Of a stretch of 42,512 nucleotides of DNA, positions 1 to 9,816 are shown piece after piece. A program made the position numbers and the translations under genes. Under the pieces are notes generated by a model that saw nothing but the letters and a program-made list of their open reading frames with translations, was not told the origin of the DNA and ran no database searches. Origin of the DNA: Bacilli bacterium (GTDB taxonomy: Bacteria; Bacillota_I; Bacilli_A; RF39; UBA660); assembly GCA_045650425.1 (NCBI GenBank), contig JAZRRD010000019.1:1-42512 (forward strand), written 5' to 3'. How positions within the stretch are numbered: the stretch's first letter is position 1; each line of letters opens with the position of its first letter.

Positions 1-26
1 ATTATATAATTAACTAGGTGATTATA

Positions 27-839
27 ATGATAAAATATTTAATTTATATAATTCTGGGATTTATACAAGGATTTACAGAACCTCTGCCAATATCTAGTAG
101 TGGGCATTTAATGTTATTTAATTACGTTTTTAATGTCGATTTTTTAAATGATGGAAACTTTTTAATAATATCAAATTTTGCATCATTTTTAGCAATATTC
201 TTTATTTTCAGAAAAGACATTATTGATTTAATTACAAGTTTCTTTACTTATATATTTAAAAAAGAAACACGAAAAAAATTAGCTTCTAAATTTAGATATT
301 GTTGGTTAATTGTTATCGGAACTATTCCTGTTGGTATAAGCGGTATTCTTTTAAAAGATTATGTAGATAAAGAAGTTGATCCAAGACTTTTAGGAGTAGC
401 TTTCTTAATTACATCATTATCTTTATTTATTGTTAGAAATATTAAAGGAAAGAAAAATGATGAAGACATAACTATTAAAGATGCTTTATTAATTGGTTTA
501 TTACAAGCCATTACAATTTGTCCAGGAATTAGCCGTAGCGGTACAGTATTAGTCGGATGTTTACTTTGTGGTTTAAGTAGACCTGCTGCTTTAAAATATA
601 CATTCATGTTATATTTTCCAGTTAGTATTGCATCAATGGCTTTAGAAGTATTTGATTTAATTCAAACGCCAAATATAATTGAACTTTTACCAATGTATGG
701 TGCTGGATTCTTAATGGCAGGTTTAGTAACATTATTCTCATATAACTGGTTAAGTAAATTAGTTAAAAACGGTAAACTTTGGAAATTCTCTATTTATACT
801 TTAATACTTGCAATATTTATCTTTATCTATTTTAGATAA
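27..839 (+). CDS. uppP: Undecaprenyl-diphosphate phosphatase (BacA/UppP)
   Basis: Motifs QGFTEPLPISSSGH and PGISRSG; multi-TM. Start moved to ATG 27 (AGGTGA RBS just upstream). Confidence 0.95.
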   Translation: MIKYLIYIILGFIQGFTEPLPISSSGHLMLFNYVFNVDFLNDGNFLIISNFASFLAIFFIFRKDIIDLITSFFTYIFKKETRKKLASKFRYCWLIVIGTIPVGISGILLKDYVDKEVDPRLLGVAFLITSLSLFIVRNIKGKKNDEDITIKDALLIGLLQAITICPGISRSGTVLVGCLLCGLSRPAALKYTFMLYFPVSIASMALEVFDLIQTPNIIELLPMYGAGFLMAGLVTLFSYNWLSKLVKNGKLWKFSIYTLILAIFIFIYFR

Positions 840-856
840 AGATTTTTTTATGAATT

Positions 857-886
857 AAAAAAATGATTTATTTTCATAAACCATTT
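857..886 (-). terminator. Intrinsic terminator of the LRR gene
   Basis: - strand AAATGGTTTA-tgaaaa-TAAATCATTT followed by a T-run, right at the stop codon. Confidence 0.6.
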
Positions 887-2990
887 ATTCTGTATAATTT
901 GGATCATATATTACTTCAGCAAATCCTGTAGTTGGTGTACCTACATCAAATGATCCTATATCGCCTACAAAGTTCCATTCGCTATGAAAACTAATATTTG
1001 CTAATGCATCCTCTTTAGTTCTTTTAATTACTATTGTTGTAACGTCATAGTTGTCCCCAAAAATAGAGAAACTAAGATTTGTTATAGACTCCGGAAGTAC
1101 TATTACTCCTTCTAATTCATTACTACCAAATGCATATGTCCCAATATTTTTTAATTGGCTTGGTAAATTTAATTCAGTTATATTATTACTAGCAAATGCA
1201 TCTGATTCAATAGTTTCAAGAGATTTTGGTAAAGTTAATGAACTAATATTATTATTCCAAAAAGCGTCTGCTCCTATTGTTTTTAATTGGCTTGGATTTT
1301 CTGCAGTATCTTCAAAAACAACTTCTTCCAATTTATAAATATCATATTTAAACGCATTTTGTGGTATTTCTGTTACATTAGTTGATATTATAACTTTTTT
1401 TACAGGATTATCACCAAAATGTTTACCATAATTTAGTTCAGGTTTATCCATTTGTACAACATTACCTATTTTTACCTCTGTTATATTATTACCATCAAAA
1501 GCATTAGGAGCAAGCTGTGTTAACGAACCTGGCAATTCTATTTTTGTAAGATTATTATCAGCAAATGCAAATCCACTAATCGAAACTAATTGACTCGGAT
1601 TTTCATGCGTATCTTCAAACGCTACTTCTTCTATATCGCACTCACTAAATGTAGAAAGTGGTATTTCTGTAATATTAGATTTAATTATAAGTTTCTTTAT
1701 TGATTTATTACCATCCCAATACTTTCTATCCACCAATTTATTATTCGCAATAATTACTTCATTAAAGTCATTACCATTAAAAGCATTTTCTGCAACTTCA
1801 TTTAATGAATCACAAAGATTTAAAGTTTTAATTTGAGTTGATTCAAATGCATTTGAACCGATTGTAATTAGCATACCGTTTTCTGGCCATATTAACGTTT
1901 CTAGTAAGCTATCATAAAAGGCGTAATCTCCTATATTTTCAAGATGCACTGCATCGCTTAAGTCTAATGATGTTACTTGTGACACAGGTTCTTCAAAATC
2001 TCCATCTTCAATATTAAATATTCCTACTTCTGGACCACTTATTTCATATCCAGACGCTTTATATTCTTGCCAATCTATTGCATTAAATTCTTCTTCGGTT
2101 GTTATAATTTTAAGACCCATTGCTTCTATGTCTTCTAATGTACATGTTGTTGGATTTTCACACATATCTTGTTTAACAAAAGCTATGAAATCATCTACAG
2201 TATTTTCATCTGTATAATAATATACATATTTTTCTTCTTCAGTTGTTTCATTATATAATACATAAAGTTGCATATTACTTAATGCAAAGGAAGCGCTATT
2301 AATTGTCTTTACTTTTACTCCATTTATTTCTGCTGGAACTACTACTTCAGTTCCACATTCATAATTATAGCCAGTAATTGTTCCACTATCATCTATAGCA
2401 AAACATTCGTTTAGTGCTGGAACTTCTATTCCTTGACCACCTGTGATAAATACTTGTCCTTGGAATATTTTACTTTGTTCAGAAACTGGAGCACTTTCAC
2501 TAAGCCATACTCTGATTGTATGTTCATTAGACCCATTGGCTACAACTCTTTCTACACTTACTTGTTTACTTACTCTTGATGTATATGTATTCTCTGCATC
2601 GGCGTAGTCTATATCTGATAACTCACTATATGTAAATGCGCTTTTTTCATCTAATTTTAAACGGATACTTGAGTCTTGTAAATAGTTTGATTCTTCCACT
2701 CTATTTAGACCAACGATATAATTTATTTCTTCATCACAATTATTTGTTACTGTAAATGTATATCCTGTTAGACTATTTGCTTCATCATCACTTATTGGCC
2801 AAGCACTATCTAAGTCGATTGCTGCACTTTTATCTTCTAGATTTAAATCTAGACATGCCGCTACGATATCATTTGGTGTCGTTTGTGTTTTTGTTATTTG
2901 CCAATATGCATATGTACTTCCTGCAATAATTGCTATTACTGCTACTATAGCTATTGACAATATCAAGATTTTATTCCTCTTTTCTTTCAC
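885..2990 (-). CDS. Surface protein: SipW-type signal, TasA/CalY-like N-domain, BspA-type (LRR_5) repeats
   Basis: Hydrophobic N-terminus ending GSTYAYW; beta-rich domain (YTFTVTNN...IRVWL...FQGQV); repeats such as LPKSLETIESDAFASN and LPSQLKNIGTYAFGSN. GTG start with AGAGGT RBS. Confidence 0.8.
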   Translation of the reverse strand: MKEKRNKILILSIAIVAVIAIIAGSTYAYWQITKTQTTPNDIVAACLDLNLEDKSAAIDLDSAWPISDDEANSLTGYTFTVTNNCDEEINYIVGLNRVEESNYLQDSSIRLKLDEKSAFTYSELSDIDYADAENTYTSRVSKQVSVERVVANGSNEHTIRVWLSESAPVSEQSKIFQGQVFITGGQGIEVPALNECFAIDDSGTITGYNYECGTEVVVPAEINGVKVKTINSASFALSNMQLYVLYNETTEEEKYVYYYTDENTVDDFIAFVKQDMCENPTTCTLEDIEAMGLKIITTEEEFNAIDWQEYKASGYEISGPEVGIFNIEDGDFEEPVSQVTSLDLSDAVHLENIGDYAFYDSLLETLIWPENGMLITIGSNAFESTQIKTLNLCDSLNEVAENAFNGNDFNEVIIANNKLVDRKYWDGNKSIKKLIIKSNITEIPLSTFSECDIEEVAFEDTHENPSQLVSISGFAFADNNLTKIELPGSLTQLAPNAFDGNNITEVKIGNVVQMDKPELNYGKHFGDNPVKKVIISTNVTEIPQNAFKYDIYKLEEVVFEDTAENPSQLKTIGADAFWNNNISSLTLPKSLETIESDAFASNNITELNLPSQLKNIGTYAFGSNELEGVIVLPESITNLSFSIFGDNYDVTTIVIKRTKEDALANISFHSEWNFVGDIGSFDVGTPTTGFAEVIYDPNYTE

Positions 2991-3022
2991 TATATATTAC
3001 CTCTTTCCTATCTTTCATATAT

Positions 3023-3050
3023 AGCATACCCCCCCCCGACCTTTTGTCAA
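3023..3050 (-). promoter_or_regulatory. SigmaA promoter with a G9 homopolymer in the spacer
   Basis: TTGACA-aaaggtcGGGGGGGGG-TATGCT; 16-nt spacer; G9 at 3029-3037. Confidence 0.7.
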
Positions 3051-3092
3051 AAAAAATCGACCAGAGGTCGACTTATTTTTGTAAACTTTACA
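3051..3092. repeat. ~42-bp intergenic element, copy 1 (GTCGAC hairpin/terminator plus TGTAAACTTTACA palindrome)
   Basis: aaaaaatcgaccagaggtcgacttatttttgtaaactttaca; closely similar to 16885-16925. On the - strand the hairpin is followed by a T-run. Confidence 0.7.
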
Positions 3093-5192
3093 CTAATCTG
3101 TTTTTAAATCTACTACTAATTCTAATTCTTTTGTTACTTTGGAACCTACACCAATATTAAATGAACTAACATAACCATATCCTTCTAAAGTACATTTAAT
3201 ACCTAATAAACGAGATAACGTCATCACTTCATTAGCACTCCATCCCTTAATATCTGGCATAAAGTATTCTTTACTATTTGTGAGTATAAATAATTTGTTA
3301 CCCGTTACCACAGTTTGTCCTTGTAATGGATATTGTTTAATTACCTTATCTCCATCGCCTAGAACTATTAACTCTAATTTTCTTTCGTCAGCATAATTTT
3401 TTACGCTATCAATATTTTGACTTATAAAATTGTCTATATTGATAATCTTTGATATATCTAAATCACTTTCTTCTGTAGTAATATTTGCATATTTTGCAAT
3501 TTCTTCGACTGATTTAGTTAAAACTTTTCCCATATCACCAGCAGTACCTACTAGTTGTTTAACAGAAAAATACACTATATATTTAGGATCATCTTTAGGA
3601 AACATCCCAGCAAAAGATTTAATTGTATCATATTTGCCAGTCATATATCCTCCACTTGATGAAGCTATTTGAGCAGTACCAGTTTTACCAACTAAAACAA
3701 CATTATTAGCTTTATAAGCACTAGATAACCCATCATAAACAACCCCATGCATTAAATTCCTCATTTTTGTTGCAGTGTCTTTAGAAATAACCTTTCCTAA
3801 TTCAGTTCTTTCATTTTTTAAAACTATATTACCTTCAGAATCTACTATTTTATCAACAATATAAGGTTTTAACATTATACCATCGTTAGCAATAAAAGTT
3901 AATGCTTGTAAATTTTGAATTGGAGTTGTTGTAATACCTTGACCAAACGAAGCATTTGCAAGTTCACTTTTATATTTAAAATTAATTTGACCACCTAATT
4001 CTCCAGGTAATTCTATTCCTGTCTTTTTACCAAAACCAAATTTCTTATAATAATCTTTTAATTTACCTACGCCTAATTCTAATCCTAAATTTGTTGATGC
4101 AACATTGGAAGAATAAATAAAACCAGTATCATAAGTAATTTCTCCCCAACCAGTTTTATTAAAATCACTAATTTTTACATCTGCTACCTGAATAGAACCA
4201 GACTTATAAGTTTTACTTCCATCATAAATTCCTTCTTCCATTGCAGCCATAAAAGAATACATTTTCATTGTACTTCCAGGTTCATACTGATATGAAACTA
4301 ATGGATTTAAATAAGATTCTAAAGTATTTAAGTTATTTAAATTAAAAGTTGGTGATGAAGCACTAGCTACTATAGCCCCAGTTTTAGCATCCATAATACT
4401 TAAAGTGGCCCAAGAAAGTTCTTTTGATTTAACTAAATCGGTAATTGCATTTTCTGCAATTATTTGTATGTTATTATCGATAGTTAAATAAATATCTGCC
4501 CCAGATACTGCATCTTCAGTTACAGATGGAGTATTTGGAATTTGATATCCATATGCATCTCTTTGATAAATTTTTTTACCATCTGTTCCTTCCAAATAAT
4601 CATTATAATATTGTTCAATTCCCATTTCTCCACTAATTTTACCAGTATCATTCGGTTTTGCATAACCAATGATATAAGAAGCAAATTGACCCATTTTATA
4701 ATATCTTTGACTAGATGCGATAAAATCAATTCCTGGCAAATCTAACTCTTGTATAGCTTTTTTTTCAATTTCTGTTAAATTTTTAGCATTTTTACCAAAT
4801 TCTACTTGATATGCTTCTTTATTCAGTCTCGATAAAATTTCTTCCACACTTATATTTATTAAAGGAGATAATTTTTCTGCCGTCATTTGTTTATCCACAA
4901 CGTGTTGAGGATTACTCTCATCCGTAGTACGCGATTCTTCCAAATAAGCAATTAAAGTATAAGAATTAACTTGTTGAGCAAGTAAATTACCTTTAATATC
5001 ATAAATACTGCCCCTATTTGCATATAAAATTTTTTCTACAGTATTTCTACCATCAGCAAAAGAAGTCAAGTTAATTCCATCCACCTTTGGACTTACTACT
5101 ATATAACAAAGTTTAGCTATTATTGCACAAAATAAAAGAATAACGCACACTAAAACAATTTTATATAGTTTTACCGTTATTCTTTTTTGCAT
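3093..5192 (-). CDS. pbpB: Class B penicillin-binding protein (PBP2B/2X/FtsI-type) with PASTA domains
   Basis: N-terminal TM, RGSIYD, SxxK (EPGSTMK), SxN (YSSNV), KTG (KTGTAQ); follows ftsL. Confidence 0.9.
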   Translation of the reverse strand: MQKRITVKLYKIVLVCVILLFCAIIAKLCYIVVSPKVDGINLTSFADGRNTVEKILYANRGSIYDIKGNLLAQQVNSYTLIAYLEESRTTDESNPQHVVDKQMTAEKLSPLINISVEEILSRLNKEAYQVEFGKNAKNLTEIEKKAIQELDLPGIDFIASSQRYYKMGQFASYIIGYAKPNDTGKISGEMGIEQYYNDYLEGTDGKKIYQRDAYGYQIPNTPSVTEDAVSGADIYLTIDNNIQIIAENAITDLVKSKELSWATLSIMDAKTGAIVASASSPTFNLNNLNTLESYLNPLVSYQYEPGSTMKMYSFMAAMEEGIYDGSKTYKSGSIQVADVKISDFNKTGWGEITYDTGFIYSSNVASTNLGLELGVGKLKDYYKKFGFGKKTGIELPGELGGQINFKYKSELANASFGQGITTTPIQNLQALTFIANDGIMLKPYIVDKIVDSEGNIVLKNERTELGKVISKDTATKMRNLMHGVVYDGLSSAYKANNVVLVGKTGTAQIASSSGGYMTGKYDTIKSFAGMFPKDDPKYIVYFSVKQLVGTAGDMGKVLTKSVEEIAKYANITTEESDLDISKIINIDNFISQNIDSVKNYADERKLELIVLGDGDKVIKQYPLQGQTVVTGNKLFILTNSKEYFMPDIKGWSANEVMTLSRLLGIKCTLEGYGYVSSFNIGVGSKVTKELELVVDLKTD

Positions 5193-5200
5193 AACCTCAC

Positions 5201-5497
5201 CTATTCATTCATATTTTTGATGTTATCATTATTATAAGACAAACCATATTGGTCTGCAATAGCTTTAATATTTTCTAATGAAGCCAATTCATTTATTTGC
5301 ATATCTAAGCTTTCATTAGTCTTTTCTTGAGTAGAAATTTTACTTTTAATTTTTTCCACTTCAATATTTGATTTAGAAAGTAGCGCTTGAGTTAAAACAT
5401 TACCTACAGGAATTAATAACATTACCAAAACTAGCAAAATATACATCAATTTTTCGCCTTTTAATAATTTGATTTTTGTCGTTTTCTTTTTTGCCAT
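5201..5497 (-). CDS. ftsL: Cell division protein FtsL
   Basis: Basic N-terminus, one TM, coiled coil (INELASLENIKAIA); canonical position between rsmH and the PBP gene. Confidence 0.85.
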   Translation of the reverse strand: MAKKKTTKIKLLKGEKLMYILLVLVMLLIPVGNVLTQALLSKSNIEVEKIKSKISTQEKTNESLDMQINELASLENIKAIADQYGLSYNNDNIKNMNE

Positions 5498-5501
5498 ATT
5501 A

Positions 5502-6422
5502 TTAAACCCTTTCTATTACTCTTAATTTTGCGCTCCTACTTCTACTATTTTCTTCCAATTCTTTAGCACTAGGAAGAATTGGTTTTTTATTTATTATTTT
5601 AATAAGAGGTTTATATTCATCTGGTATTTCTGGTAAACCTTTAACCATTTCATCAACTTCTGAATATTTTTTAAAAATTTGTTTAACGATTCTATCTTCT
5701 AGAGAATGAAATGTTATAACACATATTCTACCACCCTTTTTAAGCATTTTAATTGCTTCAGGCAAAGCTTCCTCAATCACTTGAAGTTCTTTATTAACTT
5801 CAATTCGAATTGCTTGAAATATTTGTCTTTCAGGATGTTTTAAATTAAAATATTTCTTTCCAACAGCACTTTCAATAATTTCAACTAATTCTTTAGTCGT
5901 AACTATTTTTTGTTTTTCACGCGCTTCGACTATTTTACGAGCAATGACTTTAGACAAATTTTCTTCACCATATTTGAAAAAAATTTCTGTAAGTTTTTCT
6001 TGAGAATACTCATTTACTACATTAAGAGCAGATAAATTTGTATTCTGATCCATTCTCATATCAAGAGTAGCATCTTTCATAAAGGAAAAACCACGAGAAG
6101 CTTCATCTATTTGAGGACTTGAAACACCAAGGTCAAATAAAAATCCGTCAACTTGAGTGACGTTTTCCTCTAAAAGGCACTCTTTTAATTTACTAAAATT
6201 AGAATGAAATATTTTAAAATTTGAAGATATCTCACTTAGGCGACGCTGAGCAAAAAGAATCGCATTTTGATCAGCATCAAAGGCGAATAGAAAACCCCTT
6301 TTCGTTCGCATTAATATTTCTTTGCTATGACCTGCATAGCCAACAGTAGCATCAACATAAATTCCATCATCTTTAATATTTAAATTTTCAATCGCTTCAT
6401 TAAGCATTACACTATAATGCAT
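5502..6422 (-). CDS. rsmH: 16S rRNA m4C1402 methyltransferase
   Basis: HYSVMLNE, DATVGYAGH, DLGVSSPQID, ITFHSLEDRIVK, RSRSAKLR. Confidence 0.97.
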   Translation of the reverse strand: MHYSVMLNEAIENLNIKDDGIYVDATVGYAGHSKEILMRTKRGFLFAFDADQNAILFAQRRLSEISSNFKIFHSNFSKLKECLLEENVTQVDGFLFDLGVSSPQIDEASRGFSFMKDATLDMRMDQNTNLSALNVVNEYSQEKLTEIFFKYGEENLSKVIARKIVEAREKQKIVTTKELVEIIESAVGKKYFNLKHPERQIFQAIRIEVNKELQVIEEALPEAIKMLKKGGRICVITFHSLEDRIVKQIFKKYSEVDEMVKGLPEIPDEYKPLIKIINKKPILPSAKELEENSRSRSAKLRVIERV

Positions 6423-6856
6423 TAAAAATTCACATCTTGAAATAAATTTTCTGCAACATCTTCTAGTTTTGAAGCGTTATCATTTAAGAAGTTATTCCAT
6501 TCTTCTTTATCCCAAACTTCAACTCTATCATTAGCACCGATTATAACAGCGTCTTTTACTAGCCCTGCATAATTTAATAATGTTGTCGCAATATTTATTC
6601 TTCCTTGTTTATCTAATTCACAAGATGATGCACCAGAGAAAAATGATCTAATAAATGTTCTAGCATCTTTTTTTGTAAATGGTAAAGTATTTAATTTTTC
6701 AACAATTTTATTCCACTCTTTTTCCGAATAAATGTATAAACATTTTTCTAAACCACGTGTGATAATAAATCTTTCACCTAATTCCATTCGAAATTTTGTA
6801 GGAATTACTACTCTACCTTTTTCATCAAGACTGTGATGATATTCACCCATGAACAT
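6422..6856 (-). CDS. mraZ: Transcriptional regulator MraZ
   Basis: MFMGEY..DEKGRV and DKQGRI repeats. Confidence 0.97.
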   Translation of the reverse strand: MFMGEYHHSLDEKGRVVIPTKFRMELGERFIITRGLEKCLYIYSEKEWNKIVEKLNTLPFTKKDARTFIRSFFSGASSCELDKQGRINIATTLLNYAGLVKDAVIIGANDRVEVWDKEEWNNFLNDNASKLEDVAENLFQDVNF

Positions 6857-6865
6857 TTATATCAC

Positions 6866-6929
6866 CCACTTTCCCCCACAGTTTACCACTGTCTACCAAT
6901 ATATTACTCCAAATAACAAAAAAAGTAAA
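6866..6929 (-). promoter_or_regulatory. mraZ promoter and MraZ-binding repeats
   Basis: TTTACT-17-TAATAT (6929-6901), then TTGG/GTGG/GTGG/GTGG at a 10-nt period (6866-6899), the known MraZ operator pattern. Confidence 0.8.
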
Positions 6930-6977
6930 TATTAAAATATTCACTTTTTTTTATTTTACATTTTTTTACAAAACTTT

Positions 6978-9428
6978 TTATTCACTTCTTAAAGCGATAA
7001 CCGGATCTTTTTTACTAGCAAATTTTGCTGGAATTAATCCCGCAATAACTGTTAAAAACATACTTATTAAAACTAGAATTATCGCAGCTCCTATTGGTAA
7101 ATTAGCTTTTACACTAATATCTGTTAAATTTTTAATAATGTTATTTATTCCTAAATTTGCTAACATTGTAATTCCAATTCCGATTAAACCAGCAGTTATT
7201 CCAATAATAAAAGTTTCAGCATTAAACACTCTTGAAACATCTTTTTTTCTTGCTCCAATAGCTCTTAAAACACCAATCTCTTTAGTTCTTTCTAAGACCG
7301 AAATATAGGTTATAATGCCAATCATGATAGATGAAACCACCAAAGATATTGAAACAAATGCTATTAACACATATCCAATAACATCAACAATCGTAGTAAC
7401 CCCACTCATAAGAAGCCCAACATAATCTGTATATTCTATTACATTTTCTTCTTTACCAGCGTTTTCTTGTTTTAAATTATATTCTTTAATAACATTTTCA
7501 ATTTTTTCTTTTGACTCAAAATCTTTTGGATAAATATTTATAGTCATCGGGTTTTCTAAATCTACATTACCCATTTTAATTAAATTGTTTTTATAACTTT
7601 CTAAATTAGAAAATTCTACTCCAGTAAAAACATTAATATCTGGATTACTTTTTTGTTCTTTAACTATTTTAGAATTATTAACTTCTTTAATTACATATTC
7701 AGTTAAAGATGAATTATACCCTATTCCTCCAACTAGAGAAATATTACTATCTTCACTTGGTTTAATAATACCTGTTATTTTAAGATTTAAAGCATTATCT
7801 AATTTATTATTTAAGTAATTCTTATCCTCTTTTTTATCAATCCAAATACCATTCTCCTTTTTATAAAAATCACTATTTAATAAAAGCTTTAATTCCGTAT
7901 CCATTATCTCTTCATACGTATATTTAGATTGTTCAGGTTCTTTAACCTCTTTGCCCTTCATTATTTCTTGCATCATTTGCATTAAATCCGTCTGATTTTT
8001 TATTCCTAATGCATATAATGCATAATCTACTAATTCATTATTTTTATCAACTATCAGTACTACTTCATTATATTTTTCAGGCATTTTACCAGCTATTACA
8101 TCATACTGACTATTAAGTAAATCTTTATTATTAGAAAGTTCACTAAATACTAACATGCTATTTCCCATACTCATCGATGAACTTTCTTCTGGCATAAACA
8201 AATTCATTAAACTTGTTGGATTAACTTGAACTATATTATTTTTATCTTCAGTATTATAAATGTGTAAATTTAAATTATAACTATATTTTACATCATTAGC
8301 ATAATTTTTGATTTCTTCATTATCTTCCAAATATTTCTTAAATTCCTTTAGATTGTTAGTCTTAGCTTCTCTAGAAAAACTTTCAATCATATCAACCATA
8401 ATATCATTTGAATAAATAGCATCTTTATTATGTTTGTGATTATCATTTTCGCTAGAAAGTGATGTCATCAAAGAAGATGCATCTATAAATGTCTCTTCAA
8501 GTGATAACGGATAACTTGTTAAAGTATCTTCTTGAACTCTAGTTATATATTCATTTACTCCACTTGATAGAGATAAAATTAAAGCTATTCCAATTATTCC
8601 AATAGACCCAGCAAATGCAGTTAAAATAGTTCTTCCTTTTTTTGTTAACAAATTATTGAAACTTAAAGATAAAGCCGTTAAAAAACTCATACTAGTTTTT
8701 TTACTTTTTATTTTTCTTATTTCTTCAGTATCTTTAGTATTTGTTTTACCATCATAAGGCATAGAATCATTAAGCATTTTTCCATCTTTTAAATTAATAA
8801 TTCTTGTAGAATATTTTTCAGCTAATTCTGGATTATGAGTAACCATAATTACTAATTTATCTTTAGCAATCTCTTGCAACAAATCCATGATTTGATTACT
8901 AGTTTCTGAGTCTAATGCCCCCGTTGGTTCATCTGCAAGTAAAATATCTGGATTATTTATAAGCGCACGAGCAATTGCTACTCTCTGCATTTGTCCCCCA
9001 GACATTTGATTTGGTTTCTTATAAATATGGTCTTCTAACCCAACTTTTTTTAATACTTCAATTGCTTTTCTTCTCCTAGTTTTTTTATCAACTCCAGAAA
9101 GTGTTAAAGCAAGTTCTACATTTCTTAAAACATTTTGATGACCAATTAAATTATAACTTTGAAAAACAAATCCAACTCTATGATTACGATAAGTATCCCA
9201 ATCACGATCTTTAAATTTTTTAGTAGAAATTTCATTTATTATTAAATCTCCACTTGTATATTTATCTAGACCACCAATAATATTTAAAAGAGTTGTTTTA
9301 CCACTTCCACTGGGGCCCAAAATAGAAACAAACTCACTTTCTCTAAAACTCATACTAACATTGTCTAAAGCTTTTTGTTTAAATTCTCCTACCTGATATA
9401 CTTTACTAATCTTTTTTAGTTCTAACAT
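6978..9428 (-). CDS. Fused ABC ATPase/FtsX-type permease (MacB-like)
   Basis: GPSGSGKT, MSGGQ, LLADEPTGALD; C-terminal FtsX domain (ERTKEIGVLRAIGA). Confidence 0.9.
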   Translation of the reverse strand: MLELKKISKVYQVGEFKQKALDNVSMSFRESEFVSILGPSGSGKTTLLNIIGGLDKYTSGDLIINEISTKKFKDRDWDTYRNHRVGFVFQSYNLIGHQNVLRNVELALTLSGVDKKTRRRKAIEVLKKVGLEDHIYKKPNQMSGGQMQRVAIARALINNPDILLADEPTGALDSETSNQIMDLLQEIAKDKLVIMVTHNPELAEKYSTRIINLKDGKMLNDSMPYDGKTNTKDTEEIRKIKSKKTSMSFLTALSLSFNNLLTKKGRTILTAFAGSIGIIGIALILSLSSGVNEYITRVQEDTLTSYPLSLEETFIDASSLMTSLSSENDNHKHNKDAIYSNDIMVDMIESFSREAKTNNLKEFKKYLEDNEEIKNYANDVKYSYNLNLHIYNTEDKNNIVQVNPTSLMNLFMPEESSSMSMGNSMLVFSELSNNKDLLNSQYDVIAGKMPEKYNEVVLIVDKNNELVDYALYALGIKNQTDLMQMMQEIMKGKEVKEPEQSKYTYEEIMDTELKLLLNSDFYKKENGIWIDKKEDKNYLNNKLDNALNLKITGIIKPSEDSNISLVGGIGYNSSLTEYVIKEVNNSKIVKEQKSNPDINVFTGVEFSNLESYKNNLIKMGNVDLENPMTINIYPKDFESKEKIENVIKEYNLKQENAGKEENVIEYTDYVGLLMSGVTTIVDVIGYVLIAFVSISLVVSSIMIGIITYISVLERTKEIGVLRAIGARKKDVSRVFNAETFIIGITAGLIGIGITMLANLGINNIIKNLTDISVKANLPIGAAIILVLISMFLTVIAGLIPAKFASKKDPVIALRSE

Positions 9429-9480
9429 ATTCTTCTCCTTTTGTTCTATATTATTTAATGCTTAACTTATAATTTTTATT

Positions 9481-9696
9481 CTATCTATAATAAGGATTAA
9501 AACCATAATTATAATAATATCCTCCACCATAAGGCGCATATGGAGGATAAATTGGTCTTGGGGCTACATTATATATTGGTCTCGGACGAGTAAGTCCTAT
9601 TGCAGCCCCTCCGGTAACAGCCCCTACTAAAAACGGAAATAAAAATTGTCTATCTTCATACTTATTGTATACATACGGTTCATAATTTCTATACAT
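9481..9696 (-). CDS. Small Tyr/Pro-rich spore-coat-like protein (YmaG-like)
   Basis: FPFLVGAVTGGAAIG core plus Y/P-rich tail; GAAAGGA RBS favours ATG 9696; mother-cell-type promoter upstream. Confidence 0.6.
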   Translation of the reverse strand: MYRNYEPYVYNKYEDRQFLFPFLVGAVTGGAAIGLTRPRPIYNVAPRPIYPPYAPYGGGYYYNYGFNPYYR

Positions 9697-9718
9697 ATAT
9701 GTCATTCCTTTCTGTTAT

Positions 9719-9748
9719 AGGATATGCCTAGAAATATAATCTGTATGT
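9719..9748 (-). promoter_or_regulatory. SigmaE/sigmaK-like promoter
   Basis: ACATAC-16nt-CATATCCT fits both AC-N16-CATAnnnT and ATA-N17-CATAnnnT. Confidence 0.6.
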
Positions 9749-9816
9749 TTTTTTACCTACACAAATAAAATTTTACCACTAATTTTTAAATAACTCAAAT
9801 AACAAAAAAAGAATTA

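Noticed and set aside
3060-3087. TTTTGTAAACT resembling the XerD arm of Bacillus dif
   Set aside because: No XerC-like left arm at the 6-nt spacing; better explained by the 42-bp element.
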